Notes: generated by a model from the letters alone, not told the origin. DNA of 63,124 nucleotides, filler included, from Octopus bimaculoides (GCF_001194135.2; 7 parts of 6 records of this genome joined end to end with filler, not necessarily neighbours in it), one strand, 5' to 3'. Counted from the whole stretch's first letter, positions 25,881 to 38,371 are shown. Numbers and translations: made by a program.

Positions 25881-27170
25881 TACAACACTTCAAATAATAA
25901 TAGAATGTTGTATTTGCCAAATGAAGGGTGAATGAAGTGTGAGCCTATCGAAAAACTTACGCTGACAATGCTGCAATTAATTGATATGATAGCAATCAAT
26001 TATTTAATTGGCAGTCCGAATCCAATCAATTAATTGGACCAATATATTGCAATTAATTTTTTATAAATGAATTTTTTACAACCCCTGCCCGTGAGAGAAA
26101 TATTTTCGGTTTAAAAAAAAAAACTGAGTAATTTCAGAGGAAAAATGTGTGATTTAAGGGAGATCTGACTGTTGTCTCAAGCACATCCCAAAACATCCCT
26201 CCTCGTTTTTATCTCATTCACACATCTATTGATATTTTTCGGATCTAATTAAACTGATTCACAAAATATGCATTTTTTAAAAGGAGTAAAAAATCTGAAA
26301 ATCGGCTATAATAATGTAATTTTCCAGTCTTATTGCTATGAAGGTATAATGTAAGGAAGGTTTTTATGATACTTTTGGGGTATCTTCCATTATAATTATT
26401 CTGCTGATTAAAGGAGCTGGAAATACGAAGAATGAAGTTCTCAGGCGGAGCAAATTCAATAACCGTTTATTCATAGGTGCTTCGTACAAGGGGTTTGCTT
26501 TCAGTAATCCTCTTCACAGCAGTGCGTAATTAACCTTCTCTCCCATACACGTGAGGTTCAATAACCTCTGGAGACAATGCATGTGGTATCACAGCGGGAC
26601 AAAAGTCTTCTGTGAGCTCCTGGCATTGAAGTCTTGCTCGGCATCAGCGTGAGAGCAATGAGAGGGAAAATGTTGTTGTCTTTTCCTTAAATAATGGTTG
26701 CAGGCGAGATCTCGTTTTTGTTTCGCGTATGGCAATGGTTGCAGGCGAGATCTCGCTGTTTCAAAATGGCGCTGGCTTCTTTGAGCCTCGCTACAAAGGT
26801 ATGATGTTGTAGAGAGAAAAAATGGGGGTTTAAAAATCGAAAAAACTGTGTATTTATAGCCAATAGGGTGACAGAAATTTTCTGCATTTAGTGGAGCGGC
26901 CTCAACTTTAAGGTTGCACCCTGTGTAATTTATAGTTTAGCGTCTGTGAAATGACCTGTTCATTGTAGGTTTCTAAATAAACAGAAATACCAAATAAAAT
27001 CAACATGTATCATCTTACTGTTTCTTTTGTCTCTTCATTGATTATATATTATTATTATTTTTTTAAATTTGTTATATTAATATATTTGTCTGCATGTGTT
27101 TACTTCATGCGTATTTCAGTATTATGTATACCTGTCATGTATTTGTGTACATCATTAATATATAAGTGCA

Positions 27171-27266
<96 letters not shown>

Positions 27267-28318
27267 TGTCTGTCTGTCTCCAAAACTCCATAATTGAATA
27301 ATGTTTTCATGCCTGGCTTTGTAAACTACGATAAGAATAACACTGGTCAGCAAAGAATTTGTCCCAAGAAAAAGAATACTTGTATGAAAAATAAATGAAA
27401 TGAAAAATATATGAAATGAAAAATATATGAAATGAAAAATATGTAAAATTACCAACACACAGAAAAAGCACAGAAAAATACTAACACACAAAAGCACAGA
27501 AAAATATGTAATGTACTAACACAGAAAAATTAAAACAAAACACGCGGGTGAAAAGAATCTCGTGGTATGAAGAATCAATACAGAACAACATGCGGTACAG
27601 ACACGGGTGAAGTGAAACACAACACATGTCATGGTAACAAGCTGCTAATGCCACACTGTCTGTTGATTGGCTAAAATTACCCAAATTTCCCAACTTTAAT
27701 TCCAAATAACATCAGGTTCTTTAATTTACGAGATAAAGTAACTGGTTGATCGTAATCAAAATTCAGAGTTGCATCGATATACCAATATTGAAAGCAATCT
27801 GAACAAAATCAAAGAGGGCTCATTTTGCGAATGAAACTAACTAGATCCTATTTTTCAATATTTTTCTCCCCGTAAACAGTTTATGGAATGATGATGTCAA
27901 AGTAATACACGTGTAGTTCCAACCGAGCGAAGCCGTGTTATATGTGTGCAAGAAACAAAAACCACCTAAAAGTGACGCGTACAATAACAAATATGCAAAG
28001 ACAATCTGAAAACAATACAAACTTTGAAACGTGTACCGGTTTTTATGAAATTTTGGGGTTAACGGACTTGAGTTAACGAAAGCTAAATGTAACGGAAGTT
28101 AATTAGTCCGATAATGATTTTCAAAGTTAACTTAAAAGTTAAGTCGTTAACGAAAATGTTAATTAACGATTAACGGATTAATGGACTTACGCCCAGCCGA
28201 TAACTGATGACGGGTCCTTTCTCTGTTTTCTCTGTGTCCTGTTTTCCACTTTTTTCTCTCGTTGTTTACGTATTTCATATTCTTTATGCAGTTGGTTACG
28301 GCCTGTACCCATATATGC

Positions 28319-28349
<31 letters not shown>

Positions 28350-28559
28350 CGTGTGCGTGCGTGCGTGCGTGTGTGTGTGTGTGTACATATATATTATTTA
28401 TTATTATGTAATTGAACGCCACGCATCTATTTCCAAGTATATATATATTTCTGTCTGTCTGTCTGTATGTATGTATGTATATATGGAGAGGATACAAAAA
28501 CGGCATACATCAGCCGGTAGACATTCTAGTGTCGTTTTTGTATCCTCTCCTTTTTCTTA

Positions 28560-28900
28560 TTTGCCGTATAAATTAAGGGTAAACTACTTTTTACCCCCGC
28601 CCCAAATACTGTCCTACTGTCCATGGCCCTGATCCTAAATATGGATGCACCTTCTTCCATCCTAAACTGTGCCAAACTTCTGTGTCACTAAGGATGTGCT
28701 TGAACCCAGAATGCAACCACCACCATCTGAAGGGCACAAAACGATCGAAAAATAAATATGAACAGCAACAGAGGAGAATTACGACAACAAAAACAAAACA
28801 CAACCACATTTCACTTCCTATAACCAAACAACGAAGACAGAACTATGGAAAAACCATAACACCAAATAAACATAAACATGAACTATGTATCATCTGACCA
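28560..28900 (+). mobile_element. CCCH-finger ORF1 remnant of a CR1/L2-like LINE
   Basis: In-frame extension of the 28682 ORF gives FYPRPKYCPTVHGPDPKYGCTFFHPKLCQTSVSLRMCLNPECNHHHLKGTKR: tandem C-x-C-x-H fingers resembling invertebrate CR1-group ORF1. Confidence 0.55.
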
Positions 28901-29046
28901 AATAGCAAACCAAAGAGGAAACTCTTTTTTACTAACTTATCTAGAAAATATGAAGGCCGACCTAAGCCAGGAGATCTAACGAACTATCAGCAACCATTTG
29001 TGTGTGCGTGTATGGTTGTGTATGCGTGCGTGTGCATATGTGCACA

Positions 29047-29077
<31 letters not shown>

Positions 29078-29104
29078 NNNNNNNNNNNNNNNNNNNNNNN
29101 NNNN

Positions 29105-29152
<48 letters not shown>

Positions 29153-29293
29153 GCATGTTTAAGTGCGTGTGAGTTTACTTGCATGTTTGCATGCGTATGT
29201 ATCATACGGCGGTGCATGCATATATTCGTACGTTTATGTGCGCAAATGCGCGTGTGCATATTTATGTATTCATAACTGTCGACATATGTATAT

Positions 29294-29519
29294 TTACTCT
29301 TTACTCTTTTACTCTTTTACTTGTTTCAGTCATTTGACTGTGGCCATGCTGGAGTACCGCCTTTTAGTCGATCAAATCGACCCCAGGACTTATTCTTTGT
29401 AAGCCTAGTACTTATTCTATCGGTCTCTTTTGCCGAACCGCTAAGTTACGGGGACGTAAACACATCAGCATCGGTAATCAAGCGATGTTGGGGGGACAAA
29501 CACAAACACACAAACATAT

Positions 29520-29555
<36 letters not shown>

Positions 29556-29714
29556 ATATATACGACGGGCTTCTTTCAGTTTCTGTCTACCAAATCCACT
29601 CACAAGGCTTTGGTCGGCCCGAGGCTATAGTAGAAGACACTTGCCCAAGGTGCCACGCAGTGGGACTGAACCCGGAACCATGTGGTTGGTAAGCAAGCTA
29701 CTTACCACACAGCC
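29294..29714 (-). mobile_element. SINE family A full copy with (AAAGAGT)n tail
   Basis: Reverse complement of family A; tail tttactctttactcttttactctttt. Confidence 0.88.
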
Positions 29715-31098
29715 GTGTGTGTGTGCTTTTAAATACACACACTCGTGTATGTAGGCATGATTACTCTGCTCCGCAGAACCCCCTCCCCAACACACGAAAT
29801 TGTATCTTTTAAAGATATTTGTACCCATTGTTACTGGCTGATTTCGCGCGTACTCATGTGTGTATGTGACTTCATATGCGTATATGTATGTATTTACGTA
29901 TGTGAATATGTATATATGTACATGTGCTTTACATTAAACGATGAAGTGGTGGTATATAAGTAGTAATAAAACAGAAAACGCGTGTAAGAAAACATTCTCA
30001 AAGAGAAACGTATGCTACCACAATGAATTACAGAAATTGTTTTGAAAATACATTCCACAACACATAATTACAAAAAAAACAGAACAAGCACAAACATACA
30101 CACACACACACAAACAAGAACAAGCACGCACACACACAAGAACAAGCACGCAGGCGCGCGCGTGCGCACACACACACAAAGAAACAAGCACGCACGCACG
30201 TACAATCCATTAGCTTTCTCTTTCCTTTTGGATACGTCAACTGACAGTGGACAAGTCAACACATGCTCACAGAAATTACCGAGTTCTGTAATATGATCTT
30301 TCGAGTCAAAACGAAAGAATGTCAAAAAGGCATTTCTTAGAAAGGAAAAGAGGTGAAACAAGTGGCTGTCTTGGGGAGAATTTTATTCGAAATGATAGAA
30401 AGGAAGTCAGTCAAGATAACTGATTCTTTTGTTAGAAAAATATAATTAAATTTTTGATCATATTCCTTTTAAAACCATAACNNNNNNNNNNNNNNNNNNN
30501 NNNNNNNNNNNNNNNNNNNNNNNNNNNNNNNNNNNNNNNNNNNNNNNNNNNNNNNNNNNNNNNNNNNNNNNNNNNNNNNNNNNNNNNNNNNNNNNNNNNN
30601 NNNNNNNNNNNNNNNNNNNNNNNNNNNNNNNNNNNNNNNNNNNNNNNNNNNNNNNNNNNNNNNNNNNNNNNNNNNNNNNNNNNNNNNNNNNNNNNNNNNN
30701 NNNNNNNNNNNNNNNNNNNNNNNNNNNNNNNNNNNNNNNNNNNNNNNNNNNNNNNNNNNNNNNNNNNNNNNNNNNNNNNNNNNNNNNNNNNNNNNNNNNN
30801 NNNNNNNNNNNNNNNNNNNNNNNNNNNNNNNNNNNNNNNNNNNNNNNNNNNNNNNNNNNNNNNNNNNNNNNNNNNNNNNNNNNNNNNNNNNNNNNNNNNN
30901 NNNNNNNNNNNNNNNNNNNNNNNNNNNNNNNNNNNNNNNNNNNNNNNNNNNNNNNNNNNNNNNNNNNNNNNNNNNNNNNNNNNNNNNNNNNNNNNNNNNN
31001 NNNNNNNNNNNNNNNNNNNNNNNNNNNNNNNNNNNNNNNNNNNNNNNNNNNNNNNNNNNNNNNNNNNNNNNNNNNNNNNNNNNNNNNNNNNNNNNGTG

Positions 31099-31153
<55 letters not shown>

Positions 31154-31458
31154 TTCCAGAATTATTCTCTCATTAAACGATGAAGCGGTGGAATATAAGT
31201 AACAATAAAACAGAAAGCGTGTGTAAGAAAACATTCTCAAAGTATGCTACCACAATGAATTACAGAAATTATGTTTAGAAAATAATAACCTATACATACC
31301 TCTGTGCGTGGTCCATTTCTTGGATATAGACATGCGACAGTGATAATAAAGAAATGAGAAGGATTGCTTTACGACGTGCTGGAAGCAACCGTCAAATGCT
31401 CATTAAATAACTTTTCGTGAATTTGACCAAGGAACCGATTGCTTGGTGGAGGACAAAA

Positions 31459-32408
31459 TCATGCTGGGCCAGGGTAAAGACTTACAGCTTGCAATAAGAA
31501 GACGTGCATTCTTCTGGCAGCAGGTTTAATATCTTCAATAAATTGGAATCGCGAAAGATACTGTTTTAAGAAACGGGCACGGATGCCTGGACGAATCACC
31601 ATTCCTTTCAATGCGCCCCACAAGCTTCCTATTGTCTGCCTGTGCACTGACAAGTTTGCTGGATCTACAAAATTTTCACTATGGTTAACCTGAAAGGGAG
31701 TATAACCTAGATTTCCAAGAGAATTGTATGCGCCCCAAGAATCACTATTATTATGGATCCTTGACGTATGTGGCGAGTAATTAACGGAATGAGTGTAGCG
31801 GCATTTCGCCTCTCCTCTTCACCACACTCCGATGAAAGAGGTATCAAAAATTTCGTTTTGGTTTCTCGTTCGATTCCACCGAAAAGCCAGATAGTCTTCA
31901 CAAGTCTTCCACGACTATATTTTCTCCCTACAAGAACAGTTTCATCCGTCTCCACTTCTACTCCTGGCCTACCGATCTGTTCTTGGTGATTCTCCACCCA
32001 ATAAAGACAATCTTCCGAGCAGAAAGATCTCCAGTCAATGGAGATAGTATATGAAATATTCAAATTTTCCATAATTGATCTATGCGACCAACTTTCTGTA
32101 AGGAAATGGCTCACATACAAAAGAACCTTCCACAGAGGTAATTGACTGCGCTCTAAAAGCGTGTTATTGTAGAGAGAAACAGAATATCTACATTCCACGA
32201 GCCGTTGTCTACGTCGGCGAACAATCTTCCGACATCGGAACATGCTTATGTTTTCACGGAGGGTGCAAGTTGAATTACATGAAGGACAATTTACACTACT
32301 GTGAAGAACCCTATGTTGACGAAAAACGTCTAGTGCCGCACTGTCATTATCAAGGAAGCGGTGAATTTCATTATAGAAAGTCAATTCAGACGAAGTGCAA
32401 AACATCAT
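31459..32408 (-). pseudogene. Merlin (IS1595/ISXO2-like) DDE transposase, near full length, one frameshift
   Basis: N-terminal CPSC...C zinc ribbon, then VEVETDET...GRKYSRGR...WLFGGIER. A 1-bp deletion near 31745 shifts into SDSWGAY...VNHSENFVDP...HRQTIGSLWGALK, ending at TGA 31459. The third catalytic Glu position reads Gly. TIRs not identified. Confidence 0.88.
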
Positions 32409-32551
32409 CTTGTAGAGCAAGTGTAATACGACTTTAAGAAATGCTTGTTTTTTCGGCAACTAAAGTGAATAAAACGTGTTTGGATAGAAATGAAAGTGTG
32501 AAACTATTTGCACATGCGTATTGTTTAAGCATTTGCAATATTGCATCTATT

Positions 32552-32989
32552 GGCTATGTGACACAAGCGTTCTGTGTCCTTAAGTTTTCAAACAGGGGAA
32601 ATAAGCACCTCCACCCAGCAAAGATTAGTTTCAGAGTCATTGCTCTTCATCAGTCTGGAGTAGCTTGGCTTGCTAACTGTCGATGCTTATTCGCCTTTGA
32701 AAACTCATACAATTTCAAGTGAAATAAATTCACTGATCAACAAAATTAGAAATATTGCATTTCTAAATCTCTCAGAGAGACTTATACAGTAGCAGCACGA
32801 TAAAGCGATGGTTTGTTGCCAAGAACGCTTGTGTCACATAGCCTACTGGAAACGGTGTTTTCTGGGGATAAATAGCAGTAGCATTCTTCCCCTTTCCTGG
32901 GACTACCACATTAAGTTGGCAACAAACCATCACTTTATCGTACTGCTACTGCATAAGTCTCTCTGAGAGATTTAGAAATGCAATATTTC
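32552..32989. repeat. Interleaved inverted repeats (22 bp: 32552-32573/32822-32843; 74 bp: 32749-32822/32916-32989)
   Basis: Direct comparison: the 22-bp pair is perfect, the 74-bp pair has 3 mismatches. Confidence 0.9.
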
Positions 32990-33116
32990 TGATTATATAT
33001 AAATATACCCACAAGAGTAAGCACATAAATGCGAAACAAGGTGGAAAAAATAGTACTGGAAATACCAGAGGTAGAGCGATACGCTTTATTAAAAAGCAGC
33101 AAAAATATCACAAACC

Positions 33117-33154
33117 CTGTTACTCAGAGTTTCACGTTCCCGTTCGTCGGGCAG
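33117..33154 (-). ncRNA. Minimal type I hammerhead-ribozyme-like motif
   Basis: Minus strand CUGC-CCGACGA-ACG GGAA CGU-GAAA-CUC U GAG-UA-ACAG: stem II 3 bp, quasi-palindromic stem III, stem I CUG/CAG with a mismatch at the first pair; core has U4->C. Confidence 0.55.
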
Positions 33155-33437
33155 TTTTCTTTAAAATGGAGCATGATAAGGTTACATGCAGGATTCTGCA
33201 TATAACTTAATTTTGCATTTAATTATGTTATATCAAGTTAATGAGCAATTTCCTTACTTTAACATTTTAATATTATATACACCAGGCAGTTTTTTTTTAA
33301 TTGTTTGCATACATACATTATGATGCATATATTTATCTTGACGTGAAGATATGTTTCTATATATTTATGTGTATGTATGTATTGCAGGTATGTGTATGTA
33401 TGTATGTATGTATGTACGTATGTGTATGTATGTAAGT

Positions 33438-33816
33438 GGAGGCGCAATGGCCCAGTGGTTAGGGCAGCGGACTCGCAGTCATAGGATCGCGGTTTCGATT
33501 CCCAGACCGGGCGTTGTGAGTGTTTATTGAGCGAAAACACCTAAGGTTCTACGAGGCTCCGGCAGGGGATGGTGGCAAACCCTGCTGTAGTCTTTCACCA
33601 CAACTTTCTCTCACTCTTACTTCCTGTTTCTGTTGTGCTTTTAATTCAAAGGGTCAGCCTTGTCACACTGTGTCACGCTGAATATCCTCGAGAACTACGT
33701 TAAGGGTACACGTGTCTGTGGAATGCTCAGCCACTTGCACGTTAATTTCACGAGCAGGCTGTTCCGTTGATCGGATCAACTGGAACCCTCGACGTCGTAA
33801 GCGACGGAGTGCCAAC
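33438..33816 (+). mobile_element. SINE family C
   Basis: Near-identical organisation to 16305-16680; flanked by (TATG)n. Confidence 0.88.
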
Positions 33817-34699
33817 AGTATGTATGTATTTATGTATGTATATGCATGTTGTATGTATATGTATGTATGTCCGGTCACTTATGAGGCTCTCATAAGTGCT
33901 ACTGGTAACATGGAATCCAGTACCTGCTGCATGGTCGGGTTGCCAGCGACTAAACTGACACTCTCACAAGGCTATCCTGGTGAAGAGGGTTGCTAGAAAC
34001 CCAGCAGGATTAAAAACAAGACCTGTTGAAAGGTCGGATAAACCTAGTGCAGGCTCAACGGCTATCTAGCAATAGCACGAGTACGCAGAAATACCGGAAT
34101 GGTGTCCGGCGTACTGGAAGACTACTGGGAGTGAGGCACTCCTCAGCTTCTGTTGAAGCATGTCTCTAGGAGAAGGTCACTCTGATATAAAACCACATAT
34201 GCAGGGAATGGCATTGAACATTTAGGGGATTTTTTGTTTGTACTAGAGATCATTGTGCTCCCATATCGCTGAGCCTGCGACACATATTGGCAGCAGACAT
34301 CTTGCTCCGGCTTGTCTCTGGATAATGTCAGTAAAGTGGAGAGGGTCTATGAGGTGTCGTGTAAGCCTTATTGGATCAAAAATTCTGCACAGGCATTGCT
34401 AACTTCTGCTCGATATGTACTTTTTTATTGATAAGGTTGCAAGACGCAACGAAAATTTTAGGAAAATAAAAAGAAAAATAAGTGGAAATTTTACCGGTGA
34501 GTGTGTTAAATTTTAAGGCACAATAAGAAAATGACTCTCCCCAGACACAACAGAATATGCTTCAACACACGAAATCACATAAAAAAATCTTGCAAACCAA
34601 ATCCAAAAACGAAATCTTGCAAACCAAATCCAAAGACGAAATATATTTACTTTATTTTTAGTATATATTTATATATTTTTAGTACATTTTTTTATTCGG

Positions 34700-35907
34700 A
34701 AGCTCTGCGGCGATGTGAAGGTGGTGAAGCATGCAGACTTGACGGGTTGGAAGCATGTAGTCAGCGACCTGCACGTAGGCGGCCCATGCTAGATATAAAG
34801 TCGTCTTCTTGTCGCCTAAGACAGCGGTAGGATTCGGTTGCTGCAAGGGTGGCTGAGTAGTTTCAGGGAACTACTCCCCCGGAGGCCGGGGAGGTTCTAG
34901 AAAAGGTGAACCAAAAATTGCTTGTCTTTCTATATCAGGTAAATTTAGCGCGACTGACGGAAGTCCACCCTGAACTCGAAAAACAAAGAGGCTTTTATTT
35001 ACAAAATTTGGATGGAATTTGAACATTTCGTGTTGGAATGGATGCATTTTGTTGGATAACAAGAGTGACTGTAGGCTTGAAACATGCACTGCACTTGTTG
35101 CTCGCGAGCTGAACCGTTATAACATTGATATAGCTGCTCTTTCAAAGACTCGTATAGAAGGTGATGGTCAGCTTGCAGAAGTAGGAGGTGGATATACCTT
35201 TTTTTGGAAGGGGTGGCAAAAGGGGGAGCACCGAGAAGCTGGTGTTGGCTTTGCAGTTCGATCTGATATCCATAAAAAGTTGGAGGAGCTTCCTGTTCCT
35301 ATAAATGAACTTCTAATGACTCTACGATTTCATCTGAAAGGTGGGCGGTTTGCTACTCTAATAAGTGCCTATGCAACTACTTTGACTAGCTGTGATGAAG
35401 ATAAAAGTATTTTTTTATACCCAGCTGAAAGCCATACTTAGGAAAATCCCTAATTCTGCTAAAGTCATTCAACTGGGGGATTTCAATGCCAGGGTTGGAA
35501 GAGACGGGCAAATATGGAACTCTATAGGACGTTTTGGAGTAATGAAAATGTATAGCAGTGGTCTCATGCTGCTGGGGCATTGCGATGAACATGGACTTTA
35601 CATCGCAGGCACTCATTTTATGCACACAGGTGATCACACAACAACGTGGATGCATCCAAGGTCTTAAGTTTGGCACTTGCTAGATTATGTTATCATCCAC
35701 AAGCATGACATCTATAACATTTGTAATGTCAAGTCCTTTCATGGATCGGAATGCTGGACAGACCACAGTCTGGTGCGAGCAAAGTTCCAGATGATGATTA
35801 GAGTGAAAGAGAGAAGAGGGCCAGTCGGCATTCCTCGGCGTCTGAAAGTCCACAAGATATATGATACTATGTTGAAGAAAGAGCTTCAGACTCGCATACT
35901 GCAGCAT
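34700..35907 (+). mobile_element. RTE-clade LINE 5' part: GC-richer 5' UTR + APE endonuclease (pseudogenised), cut by gap
   Basis: CWN...RTALVARELNRYNIDIAALSKTR...GYTFFWKG...AGVGFAVR...LISAYA, LGDFNARVG, TTWMHPRS, LLDYVI, CWTDHSLV: the RTE APE motif series with frameshifts/stops. Confidence 0.9.
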
Positions 35908-36539
35908 NNNNNNNNNNNNNNNNNNNNNNNNNNNNNNNNNNNNNNNNNNNNTTAATTAATTAANNNNNNNNNNNNNNNNNNNNNNNNNNNNNNNNNNNNN
36001 NNNNNNNATGAAACACTGGAAACAGATGATAATACTTTTATGACAACAATACTCATTTACAACTATTGCAAAGACAAAGGTATACAAAGAAATGCAAATG
36101 CATATACCTACATAATGCACATTTACTCAGATATTTTTCTTGATCGGGTGAGCTACTAGCGCAAACCAGTCAATGAGTTGGCTGAATTATATGTAAAGCT
36201 ATAAGCCTTGTCAGTTCGTTCGGGGTTGCCCTTCTCAGGTACATCTGATCAACAAGAGTCAACAAACTCGAAACATCGATGACTCAGATTCCCAAGTAAG
36301 AGCGACACTGAACAAACGGGGTGTTTTCACACCTTTTTACCATAAGGGAGATTTTTTTTCTCGAAGGTAATTGCAGTCTATTTGCCTTTACCAGTTGAAA
36401 TGTGTGACAAACATATTTCAACTAACCTACATTGTGATTATACATAAACACTGCTTAGTGTATTTACTTCGATATATATACATACATACATATATATATA
36501 TATATAAATTTATATATATATAAATATATATAAAGACCT

Positions 36540-36740
36540 TTTTGAACTCATTAGAAAAATTAGATTCTGTAAATACAGTAACCAACTACAGAGAGACATG
36601 AAGGAAATAATTAGGGAAATTAACAACTCGAATAAGATCTTCATTAGCTCTGATAAGACAAAAAACTTATATGCGGTTGATAAGGATGCTTACAAGCGTC
36701 TAATTTCAAACAGCATCACAGATACATACAAAAAAGATAT
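36540..36740 (+). mobile_element. Naiad-like Penelope element fragment (region upstream of RT)
   Basis: NQLQRDMKEIIREINNSNKIFISSDKTKNLYAVDKDAYKRLISNSITDTYKK resembles the pre-RT ADKTxNLY segment of PLEs. Confidence 0.65.
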
Positions 36741-37075
36741 CGAGTAGGAATAGTCCAATAAGATCGCATATGCCTGCTCCATCATATGACCCCATGCTCA
36801 CATCAAAAGCACCTGTATCGGTAGTCGTGACCCACTCTGCGTTCTCGCTGAAGAGTGAAGTCTTTCTAGCATGAAAGACTATGTCCTTATCCTGTGTACT
36901 GATTTCTATGAATTCGCTTGCGAAGGTGAGGGCTTTATCTAGCAGTTCTTTAGAGATGGAGGCATAAAAATCAACATTATCGAATTGCATGAATCTTGCT
37001 TTATTCTTATTCTTAATAGCTTTAAACCAGTTAAGGACTTCTATACTATTGGACCATTGTACTAACCTAGTGGCA
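36741..37075 (-). mobile_element. Naiad-like Penelope RT core fragment
   Basis: QWSNSIEVLNWF...FMQFDNVDFYASIS...HARKTSLF...FDVSMGSYDGAGICDLIGLFLL; the FDVxMGSYDGAExCxLxG motif is characteristic of Naiad/Chlamys-type PLE RTs as I recall them. Confidence 0.8.
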
Positions 37076-38013
37076 TATAATGATATATATATAATGATAT
37101 ACATATATATATATANNNNNNNNNNNNNNNNNNNNNNNNNNNNNNNNNNNNNNNNNNNNNNNNNNNNNNNNNNNNNNNNNNNNNNNNNNNNNNNNNNNNN
37201 NNNNNNNNNNNNNNNNNNNNNNNNNNNNNNNNNNNNNNNNNNNNNNNNNNNNNNNNNNNNNNNNNNNNNNNNNNNNNNNNNNNNNNNNNNNNNNNNNNNN
37301 NNNNNNNNNNNNNNNNNNNNNNNNNNNNNNNNNNNNNNNNNNNNNNNNNNNNNNNNNNNNNNNNNNNNNNNNNNNNNNNNNNNNNNNNNNNNNNNNNNNN
37401 NNNNNNNNNNNNNNNNNNNNNNNNNNNNNNNNNNNNNNNNNNNNNNNNNNNNNNNNNNNNNNNNNNNNNNNNNNNNNNNNNNNNNNNNNNNNNNNNNNNN
37501 NNNNNNNNNNNNNNNNNNNNNNNNNNNNNNNNNNNNNNNNNNNNNNNNNNNNNNNNNNNNNNNNNNNNNNNNNNNNNNNNNNNNNNNNNNNNNNNNNNNN
37601 NNNNNNNNNNNNNNNNNNNNNNNNNNNNNNNNNNNNNNNNNNNNNNNNNNNNNNNNNNNNNNNNNNNNNNNNNNNNNNNNNNNNNNNNNNNNNNNNNNNN
37701 NNNNNNNNNNNNNNNNNNNNNNNNNNNNNNNNNNNNNNNNNNNNNNNNNNNNNNNNNNNNNNNNNNNNNNNNNNNNNNNNNNNNNNNNNNNNNNNNNNNN
37801 NNNNNNNNNNNNNNNNNNNNNNNNNNNNNNNNNNNNNNNNNNNNNNNNNNNNNNNNNNNNNNNNNNNNNNNNNNNNNNNNNNNNNNNNNNNNNNNNNNNN
37901 NNNNNNNNNNNNNNNNNNNNNNNNNNNNNNNNNNNNNNNNNNNNNNNNNNNNNNNNNNNNNNNNNNNNNNNNNNNNNNNNNNNNNNNNNNNNNNNNNNNN
38001 NNNNNNNNNNNNN

Positions 38014-38371
38014 AATGCTTAGCAGCATTTTATCCGTCTTTACATTCTGTGTTCAAATTCCACCGAGGTAGACTTTGCCTTTCTTCCATTTGGAGTTGAT
38101 AAAATAAGTACCAGTTGAACACTGGAGTTGATGTAATCGACTCATCCCTTCACCCAAAGAAACCATTATTATTAGCATTTTTATTCATGCTGGACAAAAT
38201 GCTTAGTGGTATTTCACCTGTCACTCCATTCTGAGTTCAAATTCTGCCGAGGTTAACTTTGCCTTTCATCCTTTTGAGGTCAATAAAATAAGTACCAGTT
38301 GAACACTGGGGTCAATGTAATCAACTCATCCCTTCCCCCAAAATGGTTGCCCTTGTGGCAAAATTTGAAAC

